NCBI GenBank assembly: GCA_963790335.1
Contig: CAWBOB010000007.1
Location: forward strand, 65,639 to 129,638
DNA from: an uncultured Actinomycetes bacterium
GTDB lineage: Bacteria; Actinomycetota; UBA4738; HRBIN12
Direction: 5' to 3'
DNA length: 64,000 nt
Shown: positions 48,429 to 57,023 of the stretch, one piece after another
Layout: the number at the start of each line of letters is the position of its first letter
Numbering within the stretch: position 1 is the first letter of the stretch
Notes under the pieces: generated by a model
Told to the model about the DNA's origin: nothing
Database searches by the model: none
Seen by the model: the letters and a program-made list of their open reading frames with translations, nothing else
Program-made: the position numbers and the translations under genes

Positions 48429-51400
48429 CTAGCCGACCCGTTCGCCCTGCGGCACCTCGTCGGCCGCCGGGGGAACGTCGACCACCTGTTCACCGCCCTC
48501 GAGCCTGGCGTCGGACTCGATCGGGGTGGTGTGCTCCAGCCGCTGCGCCACCACCTTCGTGGTGCCGTCACGGTTGAGCGAGATGCCGTACATCATCGCG
48601 GCGATCTCCATCGTGCGCTTCTGGTGCGTCACGACCAGGACCTGCGACTCGCGTGCGAAGCCCTCGGTCAACCGCAGGAACCGGTGCAGGTTCACGTCGT
48701 CGAGGGCCGGTTCGACCTCGTCCATCAGGTAGAAGGGCGAGGGCCGGGCCGTGAAGATCGCGAACAGGAACGCGAGCGCGGTGAGCGAACGCTCGCCACC
48801 CGAGAGCAACGAGATGCGCTTGACCCGCTTGCGGCCGGGACTGGCCTCGATCTCGATGCCACTGATGAGCGGCTGAGCGGGGTCGGTGAGCACGAGCCGC
48901 CCGTCACCACCAGGGAAGAGCTCCTTGACGATGCGCTCGAACTGCAGGGCCACGTCGCGGTACGCGGTGGTGAACGTCTCGGTGATCTCGTGGTCGACCC
49001 GTGCGATCACATCGAGCAGGTCGCGACGAGCCTTCTTCACGTCGTCGAGCTCGCGCGTCATGAAGTCGTGACGTTCCTGCACCGCCTCGAACTCGCCGGT
49101 CGCGAGCAGGTTCACGCGCCCGAGCAGGGCCAGCCGACGCTGCACCAGGTCGGAACGCTTCTGCAGGGTCTCGACGGAGTCCTCGTCGGTGAGCTCGGCG
49201 ACGAGCGCCTGCGGGTCGGCCTGGTGCCCCTCGCGGATCAGCCGTTCGGCTTCGCGGATGCGCCGCTCGATGTCGCCCCTCGTGCGATCGTCGTCCTCGT
49301 AGGCATCGCGCAGGCGTTCGAGCTCGGTCGAGGCCTCGCGCCAGGTGCGGTTGACCTCGGCCTCCCGCTCGGCCGCCTCACGCTCGGCCGCCGCCGCGAC
49401 GTCACGGGCGGCCGCAGCCTCGGTCGCCGCCGTCTCGGCGAGCGCGACCTGGCCGGCCGCGACCTCGCGAGCGGCTTCGGCGGCCTCGAGCGCGGCGCGC
49501 ATCGCGACCGGGTCATGGGTCGCGAGCTCGTCACGCTCGCGGCGGAGCTCGAGCAGACGCGCGTCGTGCGAGGAGCGGTCTCGGCGCAGGGTCTCGACGG
49601 CGACGCGAGCCGAGACCGGCTGCTGCGGAAGCGGCGGCAGGTCGGGAACCTCGCCGACGACCGCGGGCCCGAGGGAGAGGAGCCGCTCACGGGCGACACC
49701 CACCGACTCGTCGAGCGCGGCGAGGCGCTGCGCGAGCAGTTCCTCTTCCTTGCGCATCGCCGACAGGTCACGATCGAGCCCCGCCAGACGCTCGGCCACG
49801 GCCGTGATCTCGATATCGGCGGCCTCGATCTGCTCGCGCAGGAACCCGACCTCGCCCGCGATCTCGTCGAGACGCTCACGCTTGGGGCGCAGGGCGTTGA
49901 TCGTGGCCGTGAGGTCGTGGGCGACCACCTGCAGCTCGGCTCGGATCTCCCGCGAGCGTGCGTCGGCCTGCGCGGCCGTGTGGATCACCGCGGGCCCGAC
50001 GAGCACGCCCTCGGGGGTCACGAACGACGACGTGGGGTGAGCGCGCTGCTTCTCGGCCGCCTCCTCCACGCTCCCGGCGAGGTAGACATCGCGGAGCACC
50101 GTGCTCGCGATGCCGCGGGCCGCCGGCTGGGCGTCGACCGCTGCGAGGAGCTTGCGTTCCCCCGACAATCCGAGCGGCACCGGCCCTCCCGAGGCGATCG
50201 CGAGGATCGCACCGTCACCATCGGGCGCGTCGGCAAGCGCCTGCTCGGCGTCGTCGTAGACCACCGCGTCGGCGAGTGGACCGATCGCCGCCACCAGCGC
50301 CCGCTCGAGTCCGGGCTCGACCTCGAGCAGATCCTTCAGCAGGCCCACGGCGCGCGTGGCGTGGCCCTCGAGGAAGCGGGAGCCGGCGGTCTCCTCGATG
50401 TCTTGCCGCCGGGCCTCGAGCAGGTCACGGCGAGCCTCGTGGCGGCGGCGGACGTCGTCGAGCTCCTCGATCTTGTCGGCGAGCCTGCGCCGCTCGGTCT
50501 CGAGCGCCGACAGCTTCTCGGTCATCGGGGCCGACTGCTCGTCGAACGTCTCGATCTCGGCCTCGAGGCCGGAGCGCTCCGTCTCGGTCTCGGCGATGCG
50601 CTCGCGCACGGCGGCCAGCGAGGTCGCGAGCCGCTCACGCTCACGTTCGCTCGAGGCCACCGATCGTTCCAGTGCCTCGATCTCGGCGCGGCGCCCCGCG
50701 GCGTCTTCGGCGGCCCGTCGTCGCAGGTCCTCGATCCTGTGTCGTTCCTCCTCCGCCTCGCGGAAGGCGCGCTCGGCCTCCTCGAGCTCGCGCTCGCGCG
50801 CGTCGAGTTCGCCGGCGGCCCGAGCGAGGTCACCGTCGATGCGGGCGATCTCGTCGTCGACGGCGTCGATGCGCGCGGTGCGCGAAGCCTGCGACGCGAG
50901 CTGCTCCCGGGCCGCGCCCTCGTGTTCCACCGATTCACGCAACGCTCGGTCGGCGCGACGACGGTCCTCCGCCGTGCGGCGGAAGGAGAGCTCGGCGTCG
51001 GCGAGGGCCGTCGACGCCTGCGCTCGGGCGTCGGCGGCCGCGAGCACGTCGCCGTCGAGCGCGTCGAGCCGCTCGCGCGCGCCCGGCGCGCTCGTCGAGA
51101 CCTCGCTGCCACCCTTCCGCTCGGCGCTCCCGCTCATGCACCAGGGCGCGCAGGCGCGCCGCGGCGAGCCTGCGTGACAGGCGACTCGGCCTCGGCCGGT
51201 CAGGCGTTCGTGCTTGCCGGCCATCTCGGCCTGCTGCTGCAACGGCTTCAGCTGGCGGCGGAGCTCCGACACGACGTCGCCGAGCCGCACCAGGTCGTGG
51301 TCGAGGTTCCCGAGCTTGCGCTCGGCTCGCTCCTTGCGTCGGCGATGCTTCGCGATGCCGGCGGCTTCCTCGATGTAGCGGCGTCGATCCTCGGGCTTGG

Positions 51401-51854
51401 CGTTGAGCACCTCTTCGAGCTGGCCCTGGCCGACGACCGTGTGCAGCGCGCGGCCGATGCCGGTCTCCGACAACAGCTCCTGCACGTCGAGCAGTCGCAC
51501 GACGCGGCCGTTGATGCGGTACTCGGAGTCGCCCGAGCGGAAGATCGTGCGCGCCACCTCGATCTCGCTCATCGGCACCGGGATGCGCCCCGCCGAGTTA
51601 TCGATCACGAGCTTCACCTCGGCCATGCCGAGGGCGGGGCGAGAGGGCGTGCCCGCGAAGATGACGTCGGCCATGTTCCCGCCCCGAAGCGACCGCGCAC
51701 CCTGCTCCCCGAGCACCCAGCTGATCGCGTCGACGAGGTTGGACTTGCCCGACCCGTTCGGCCCCACGATCACCGAGACGCCAGGCATGAATTCGAGCAC
51801 CGTCTTGTCCGCGAAGGACTTGAACCCGCGGATCGTGATCGATCTCAGGAACAT
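48429..51854 (-). CDS. smc: Chromosome segregation ATPase SMC (compensating frameshifts about 51070-51190)
   Basis: GFKSFAD, GPNGSGKSN, coiled coils and hinge, LLSGGERSL, MDEVE, VTHQK. Confidence 0.95.
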   Translation of the reverse strand: MFLRSITIRGFKSFADKTVLEFMPGVSVIVGPNGSGKSNLVDAISWVLGEQGARSLRGGNMADVIFAGTPSRPALGMAEVKLVIDNSAGRIPVPMSEIEVARTIFRSGDSEYRINGRVVRLLDVQELLSETGIGRALHTVVGQGQLEEVLNAKPEDRRRYIEEAAGIAKHRRRKERAERKLGNLDHDLVRLGDVVSELRRQLKPLQQQAEMAGKHERLTGRGRVACHAGSPRRACAPWCMSGSAERKGGSEVSTSAPGARERLDALDGDVLAAADARAQASTALADAELSFRRTAEDRRRADRALRESVEHEGAAREQLASQASRTARIDAVDDEIARIDGDLARAAGELDARERELEEAERAFREAEEERHRIEDLRRRAAEDAAGRRAEIEALERSVASSERERERLATSLAAVRERIAETETERSGLEAEIETFDEQSAPMTEKLSALETERRRLADKIEELDDVRRRHEARRDLLEARRQDIEETAGSRFLEGHATRAVGLLKDLLEVEPGLERALVAAIGPLADAVVYDDAEQALADAPDGDGAILAIASGGPVPLGLSGERKLLAAVDAQPAARGIASTVLRDVYLAGSVEEAAEKQRAHPTSSFVTPEGVLVGPAVIHTAAQADARSREIRAELQVVAHDLTATINALRPKRERLDEIAGEVGFLREQIEAADIEITAVAERLAGLDRDLSAMRKEEELLAQRLAALDESVGVARERLLSLGPAVVGEVPDLPPLPQQPVSARVAVETLRRDRSSHDARLLELRRERDELATHDPVAMRAALEAAEAAREVAAGQVALAETAATEAAAARDVAAAAEREAAEREAEVNRTWREASTELERLRDAYEDDDRTRGDIERRIREAERLIREGHQADPQALVAELTDEDSVETLQKRSDLVQRRLALLGRVNLLATGEFEAVQERHDFMTRELDDVKKARRDLLDVIARVDHEITETFTTAYRDVALQFERIVKELFPGGDGRLVLTDPAQPLISGIEIEASPGRKRVKRISLLSGGERSLTALAFLFAIFTARPSPFYLMDEVEPALDDVNLHRFLRLTEGFARESQVLVVTHQKRTMEIAAMMYGISLNRDGTTKVVAQRLEHTTPIESDARLEGGEQVVDVPPAADEVPQGERVG

Positions 51855-51887
51855 GTGATCGGATGCTAACAGGCGTGTGATTCCCGT

Positions 51888-51951
51888 CTTGGAAGCGCTA
51901 CCGCCTCCGGCTGCTTGAGCGCGGCGCTTGGAAGCGCTCCCGCCTTCGGCT
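51888..51951. repeat. 25-bp imperfect direct repeat, two copies, upstream of the smc promoter
   Basis: CTTGGAAGCGCTACCGCCTCCGGCT (51888-51912) vs CTTGGAAGCGCTCCCGCCTTCGGCT (51927-51951), 23/25 identical, 14-nt spacer. Confidence 0.8.
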
Positions 51952-52220
51952 CAGCGGGTGACGCGGAAGCCGGTCTCACCGGTGGGTGCGGCGTCTTCGA
52001 CCTCGACATGCTCGACCACCGCGTGCGGTGGACCGCCGGAGCACCACGACACCATCGCGGCCACCGCCTCGGGAGCGCCTTCGAACTCGGCTTCCACGTG
52101 ACCGTCGAGGGTGTTGCGGACCCACCCGGCGAGGCCGAGCGCGCGTGCCCGCTCGGCGCACGTCGCCCGGTAGAAGACGCCCTGCACCCTGCCGCGCACG
52201 ACCACGCGCACCCTCCGCAT
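51951..52220 (-). CDS. acyP: Acylphosphatase
   Basis: VRGRVQGVFYR, GWVRNTLDGHVE; start at 52220 or 52229. Confidence 0.93.
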   Translation of the reverse strand: MRRVRVVVRGRVQGVFYRATCAERARALGLAGWVRNTLDGHVEAEFEGAPEAVAAMVSWCSGGPPHAVVEHVEVEDAAPTGETGFRVTR

Positions 52221-52277
52221 CGATCCCATGGTGTCAGCTCCCGATCTCACCATGCCGCTTCGGTACCCTGTGCGGCG

Positions 52278-52864
52278 ATGGTCACCTACGACGCCCGCAC
52301 GGCCCTGCTGGTGGTCGACGTGCAGAACGACTTCGCCGACCCGGGGGAAGCCTCTACGTCGAGGGCGGCGAGCACATCGTGCCGGCGGTCAACGCCGAGG
52401 TCGAGAAGGCCCGCAGCCATGGTGCACTCGTCATCTACACGCAGGATTGGCACCCCGAGCACACACCACACTTCCAGCGCGACGGGGGCATCTGGCCGGT
52501 GCACTGCGTGCAGGACACCGTCGGCGCTGCGTTCCATCCCGACCTGCTGGTGACCGACCACGAGGTGATCCGCAAGGGCCACGACGGGCGCGACGGCTAC
52601 TCGGGCTTCAGCGTGCGCGATCCGATCTCGGGTGAGCGAGGTGACACGCTCTTGCAGGCCCTGCTCGAGACGCACAGCGTCGAACGGCTCGTGATCTGTG
52701 GGCTGGCGACCGACTACTGCGTGGTCGAGACGGTGCTCGACGCCCGCATGCTGGGCTACCCGGTCGAGGTGCTGGGCGACGCGGTCCGTGCGGTCGAGCT
52801 GCAACCGGGCGACGGTGCCGCGGCCCTGTCGCGCATGCGCGACGCCGGCGCCGACGTCGTCTGA
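52278..52864 (+). CDS. pncA: Nicotinamidase/isochorismatase-family cysteine hydrolase (frameshift near 52343)
   Basis: ALLVVDVQNDF, GSLYV, TQDWHP, WPVHCVQ, KG...GYSGF, GLATDYCV. Confidence 0.85.
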
Positions 52865-52880
52865 GCGCCGCCGGCGCCCC

Positions 52881-53723
52881 TCAGCTCTGGCACTGCGGGC
52901 AATAGAAGGAGGTGCGCTGGGAGATCTTCACGCTCTCGATCGGGGTTCGGCACCGCCGGCACGGGAGCCCGACCCGTCCGTAGACCTTGAGCTCCGGGCC
53001 GTACTCGCCGGGCGCGCCGAACAGGTCGACGTAGGCCTCGTCGTCGAGCGTCGTGCCCCGGAGCTTGATCGCCTCCTGCAGCACCTCCTGCATCGCGCGA
53101 TACAGCCGGCGGACCTCCTGTGAGGACAATGCGTCGCTCATGCGATCGAAGCGGATGCCCGCGTGGAACAGGACCTCGTCGGAGTAGATGTTGCCGAGGC
53201 CGGCGATGAACTTCTGGTCCATCAGCAGCGTCTTCATCTTGGCCGCACGATCGGCCAGCAGGAACTGGAAGGTCGGCCACGTGAACACCTGGTCGAGCGG
53301 GTCGATCGCGAGGTGCTGCAGCTCCTTGATCTTGCCGAGCTCGTCGGCGGTCGCGACGAACATCTCGCCGAACGTGCGTGGATCGACGAAGCGCAGGTCA
53401 CCTCGCTGCTGGAACGTCAGCACCACGTGGGTGTGCGGCGGCATCGCCACCCGGCCCGTGCCGCGGTGGAACTGACCGCTCATGCCGAAATGGGTGACGA
53501 GCACCTCCCCGGAGTCGAGCGTCAGCAACAGGTACTTGCCTCGTCGCTCGACCTTCGTGATCTTGCGTCCGACGACCCTCGACGTGAACTCCTTGCGGGT
53601 CTTGTGACGGCGGATCACCCGCATGGCGTTCTTGGAGGACTTGACCTCGGCCGCCTTGATGCGCAGACCGACGACGTCCTTCTCGAGATCTCGTCGCATC
53701 ACTTCGACTTCAGGCAGCTCCAC
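52881..53723 (-). CDS. mutM: Formamidopyrimidine-DNA glycosylase
   Basis: MELPEVE, RRGKYL, HFGMSG, DPRTFG, LMDQKFIAGLGNIYSDE, CRRC...CPQCQ zinc finger. Confidence 0.95.
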   Translation of the reverse strand: MELPEVEVMRRDLEKDVVGLRIKAAEVKSSKNAMRVIRRHKTRKEFTSRVVGRKITKVERRGKYLLLTLDSGEVLVTHFGMSGQFHRGTGRVAMPPHTHVVLTFQQRGDLRFVDPRTFGEMFVATADELGKIKELQHLAIDPLDQVFTWPTFQFLLADRAAKMKTLLMDQKFIAGLGNIYSDEVLFHAGIRFDRMSDALSSQEVRRLYRAMQEVLQEAIKLRGTTLDDEAYVDLFGAPGEYGPELKVYGRVGLPCRRCRTPIESVKISQRTSFYCPQCQS

Positions 53724-53735
53724 GTGGTCTCCCCC

Positions 53736-54548
53736 TCACGAGCCTCGCGCCTCCGGTGCGAGACGCTCGGACAGACGAGTGAACGCCTGATGCGCGGCCC
53801 GCTGCTCGGCCTCCTTCTTGGACCGGCCCACGCCGGACCCCATCGACTCGCCGCCGAGATGCACGGTGGCCGTGAACTCCTTCTCGTGGTCCGGGCCCCG
53901 CTCTTCGAGCCGGTACTCGGGCATCGAGCGCAACGTCTGCGAGGCGAGCTCCTGCAGGATCGTCTTGTAGTCGCGATCGCCCTCCCCCCGCACGTAGGCC
54001 TGCATGCGCGGGCGGAAGAGCCGCTCGATGAGCTCGGTCGCCACGCCGAGACCGCGATCGAGGTACACGGCGCCGAACACCGCCTCGAGCGCGTCGGCGA
54101 GGATCGAGGACTTGTCGCGGCCCCCGCTCTGCTCCTCGCCCTTGCCGAGCCGCACGAGGTCGCCGAGACCCAGCGAGCGCGCGACCTCGGCCAGGGCCGA
54201 CATGTTCACGATCGCCGCTCGCAGCTTGGCGAGCGCGCCCTCGGGAAGATCGGGGTGCTCCGAATAGGCCATGTCGGTGACGACCAGCCCCAGCACGGAG
54301 TCACCGAGGAACTCGAGCCGCTCGTTCGTCACCCGCAGACCCTGCTCGAACGCGTACGAACGGTGGGTGAGCGCCGCCTCGCGCAGCGCCACATCGGTGA
54401 GGGTCACACCGAGGGCACCGTCGAGCGCCTCCGGGGGTACGAGCGAACCGCTCGGGGAGTCACCGGGGCCGCCGGGGTCGGACCCGCCCCCCGATGCGGG
54501 ACGAGCGGGGTCGGACCCGGCGCGCATGCCGGCCTGGGCTTCGGTCAC
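53736..54548 (-). CDS. rnc: Ribonuclease III
   Basis: [56 protein letters not shown]. Confidence 0.96.
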   Translation of the reverse strand: MTEAQAGMRAGSDPARPASGGGSDPGGPGDSPSGSLVPPEALDGALGVTLTDVALREAALTHRSYAFEQGLRVTNERLEFLGDSVLGLVVTDMAYSEHPDLPEGALAKLRAAIVNMSALAEVARSLGLGDLVRLGKGEEQSGGRDKSSILADALEAVFGAVYLDRGLGVATELIERLFRPRMQAYVRGEGDRDYKTILQELASQTLRSMPEYRLEERGPDHEKEFTATVHLGGESMGSGVGRSKKEAEQRAAHQAFTRLSERLAPEARGS

Positions 54549-54554
54549 GACGGA

Positions 54555-54731
54555 CTACTCGACCTCGACCGCTTGGCGGCCGGCGTAGTACCCGCAGTTG
54601 CCGCACACGCGATGGGAAAGCTTCGGCTGCTTGCACTGCGGACACTCGGCGTAGGCGGGAGCCTTCGCCTTCCAATTCGCTGCGCGCTTGTCTCCGCGCG
54701 ACTTGCTCTGCTTCTTCTTCGGAACCGCCAT
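54555..54731 (-). CDS. rpmF: 50S ribosomal protein L32 (zinc-ribbon form)
   Basis: MAVPKKKQSKSR...CPQC...HRVCGNCGYY. Confidence 0.96.
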   Translation of the reverse strand: MAVPKKKQSKSRGDKRAANWKAKAPAYAECPQCKQPKLSHRVCGNCGYYAGRQAVEVE

Positions 54732-54778
54732 CGATGTTCGCTCCTTCGGTCGGTCGTGATGTTTCGTCGTGGGGTGTG

Positions 54779-55294
54779 TCAGTGGTCCTCGAGCGTGGGC
54801 ACGAGCTGCTCGAGCGCCGCCCACCGCGGGTCGACCTCGGCGTGGCCGGGACACTCGCCGAGGTTGCGATCGCCCCCGCAGACCGGGCAGAGGCCCTGGC
54901 AGTCGGGCCGGCACAGCGGGGAGAAGGGCAACTCGACACCGAGCGCGTCGCGCACCATCTGGTCGAGCGCGAGCTCCGCGTGCTCGCGATCGAGCGGATA
55001 GTCGTCGGTGTCGTCGTCGGGCTCCGGCACGAACATCTCGTGCACCTCGACGGTGAAGGGGCGCTCGAACTCCACGAGGCACCGCGCGCAGCGAAGGCCG
55101 AGCAGCCCGCGCAGGGTGCCCGAGACCAGCATGCCCTCGACCAGCGCTTCCAGCAGCAGGTCGGCCGATACGGCCACATCGTCGCGCACCTTCGCGAGCT
55201 CGGTGCCGAGCTCCTCGATCGGCCACTCGGCGCGGACCGGCCTCGACGCGCCCGGATGGCCTATGAGGTCGCGCACGTCCAGCGGCGCGATCAT
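54779..55294 (-). CDS. yceD: YceD/DUF177 family 23S rRNA accumulation protein
   Basis: CARCL, LCRPDCQGLCPVCG, DPRWAALEQL; upstream of rpmF. Confidence 0.9.
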   Translation of the reverse strand: MIAPLDVRDLIGHPGASRPVRAEWPIEELGTELAKVRDDVAVSADLLLEALVEGMLVSGTLRGLLGLRCARCLVEFERPFTVEVHEMFVPEPDDDTDDYPLDREHAELALDQMVRDALGVELPFSPLCRPDCQGLCPVCGGDRNLGECPGHAEVDPRWAALEQLVPTLEDH

Positions 55295-55884
55295 CGCTGC
55301 TCCTCGTCGTACAGGGGCGTCTCGCCCCGGGCCGGCCGCTCGTCGTGCTCACCGGAGCCTTGGTCGGGCTCCCCGAACTCCTGGGCCGCGGCGGTACCGG
55401 GCGTGCGAAGCTTCTCGCGACCGACCTCCACCTGGTCGAGGGTCTTGGCGAGCGCGCGCACCGACGCCTGGGAATCCTCGAGGGTGCGGCGGAGCGCGAC
55501 CTCGAACTGTGCGAGCTTGCCGTCGACGTACTCCTCGGCCTCGCGGCGCATCGACCGCGCCTGCTCGGCCGCCTCGTCGAGCAAGCGTTCGGCCTCCTCG
55601 CCGGCTCGAACCACGACCTCCTGCTGGCGGGCCATCGTCAGCTGCTCGGCTCGAGCCTGCTCCACGATGCCCTCGGCCTCCGTGCGAGCCTTGGAGAGCA
55701 GATCGTCGCGATCCTTCACGATCCATCGGGCCTGCTCGATCTCGGCGGGAAGCGACTCCTGCATCTCGACGATCAGGTCGAGCACCTCGTCACGATTGAC
55801 GAGCACCGACGACGACAGCGGCATCGCCTTGGCCTCACGCACCATCTCGTCGAGCTGGGTGAGGCGCGTCGTGATGTCCATCAT
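55291..55884 (-). CDS. DivIVA-like coiled-coil protein (SepIVA/Rv2927c-like)
   Basis: LDEMVREAKAMPLSSSVLVNRDEVL...LPAEIEQARWIV, EAEEYVDGKL; coaD-X-yceD synteny. Confidence 0.8.
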   Translation of the reverse strand: MMDITTRLTQLDEMVREAKAMPLSSSVLVNRDEVLDLIVEMQESLPAEIEQARWIVKDRDDLLSKARTEAEGIVEQARAEQLTMARQQEVVVRAGEEAERLLDEAAEQARSMRREAEEYVDGKLAQFEVALRRTLEDSQASVRALAKTLDQVEVGREKLRTPGTAAAQEFGEPDQGSGEHDERPARGETPLYDEEQR

Positions 55885-56372
55885 CGCCCCCCCGGCGTCG
55901 CCACGCGCGCCAGCAGCTGCGTGCGCACCTCGTCGGGCACGAGCCCATCCACGTCGCCGCCGAAGCGAGCGACTTCCTTGACGAGCGAGCTCGACAGGAA
56001 GGACCAGGAAGGATCCGTGGGCATGAACAGGGTCTCGATGTCGCCGAGGCGGTGGTTCATCTGCGCCATCTGGATCTCGAATTCGTAGTCGGAAACCGCC
56101 CGCAGCCCCTTCACGATCACCGCGTCGCCACGGCCGCGCGCGAACTCGACGAGCAACCCCGCGAACGCCGCCACCTCGACGTGCGGCATACCGGCGCAGG
56201 CCTTCTCGAGCATGGCCACGCGCTCGTCGATGGAGAACACCGGTTGCTTCGCCGGGTTCTCGAGCACCGCCACCACCACGGTTTCGAACGTCTGGCTGGC
56301 GCGCTCGATGATGTCGAGATGGCCGTTGGTGACGGGGTCGAACGTCCCCGGACACAGGGCGGTCAGACCCAT
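55881..56372 (-). CDS. coaD: Phosphopantetheine adenylyltransferase
   Basis: CPGTFDPVTNGHLDII, NPAK, KGLRAVSDYEFE, FLSSSLVKEVA. Confidence 0.97.
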   Translation of the reverse strand: MGLTALCPGTFDPVTNGHLDIIERASQTFETVVVAVLENPAKQPVFSIDERVAMLEKACAGMPHVEVAAFAGLLVEFARGRGDAVIVKGLRAVSDYEFEIQMAQMNHRLGDIETLFMPTDPSWSFLSSSLVKEVARFGGDVDGLVPDEVRTQLLARVATPGGR

Positions 56373-56953
56373 GGAACCTCCATGCTTCGAGGCCTGCTTG
56401 TCGGCCGGAACAGGATCACGAGGCTGTCGCCGTAGCGGAGCCGCCTCGCGACGGTCCAGTGTAGCGGAATGACAACGTTGGAACTCTTCTGACTCCGGGT
56501 CAGCACGACGGTCGAGTCCCCGCCGCGGAGCCAGCCCCCGGCGAGCGCACCGAGCACGGGGTCGAGCTCGTCGGCGGCCAGGTCGTAGGGGGGATCGCAG
56601 ATCACCAGGTCGTAGGGGGCGCCGGGTCGCTCCTCGCGCGCCAGGAACCGAGCGATGTCCTGCACCTGGACCTGCCCACGTGCCTCGAGCTTCGTGATGG
56701 CGAGGTTGCGCTCGATCGTGCGCCCGGCGGCGCGTGCGTGATCCACGAACGTGGCCGCCGCCGCGCCGCGCGAGAGCGCCTCGATGCCCGCTGCGCCGGT
56801 GCCGGCATACAGATCCAGCACGATCGCGTCGTCGAGCACGCCGGGGCCGAGGCTCGAGAAGAGCCCCTCCCGGGCGCGGTCGGAGATCGGTCGCACGCCG
56901 GCGGGCACCGGTGCCAGACGCACCCCCTTCGCGGAGCCTGCGACGATGCGCAT
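56363..56953 (-). CDS. rsmD: 16S rRNA (guanine966-N2)-methyltransferase
   Basis: MRIVAGSAKG, RPISDRAREGLFS, LDLYAGTG, EALSRGA, DPPY. Confidence 0.95.
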   Translation of the reverse strand: MRIVAGSAKGVRLAPVPAGVRPISDRAREGLFSSLGPGVLDDAIVLDLYAGTGAAGIEALSRGAAAATFVDHARAAGRTIERNLAITKLEARGQVQVQDIARFLAREERPGAPYDLVICDPPYDLAADELDPVLGALAGGWLRGGDSTVVLTRSQKSSNVVIPLHWTVARRLRYGDSLVILFRPTSRPRSMEVPWV

Positions 56954-57023
56954 GCCCAGAGGGTAGCCATGCCGTCGACCCTCGCCGGCGGGCTTCCTGC
57001 CCGCTCCTGTTCACCCCCGGCCG

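Noticed and set aside
7942-51869. Very long antisense ORFs (e.g. 9045-11471, 47895-51869, 23459-25342, 53163-55001)
   Set aside because: They are shadows of GC3-rich genes on the opposite strand (stop-poor frames at about 70% GC) and have no recognisable motifs.
51888-51951. 25-bp direct repeat as a mini-CRISPR array
   Set aside because: Only two copies, a 14-nt spacer that is too short, and no cas genes in the window.
6232-52864. Frameshifts in truB, nusA, rimP, proS, the HK, M23, xerC, dprA, trmD, rimM, rpsP, ffh, smc and pncA read as pseudogenes or programmed frameshifting
   Set aside because: They hit essential single-copy genes (proS, ffh, nusA, trmD), are mostly single-base indels at G/C runs, cause no other decay, and show no slippery-site/pseudoknot pattern. 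Long-read consensus error is the simplest explanation; polishing with short reads would confirm.
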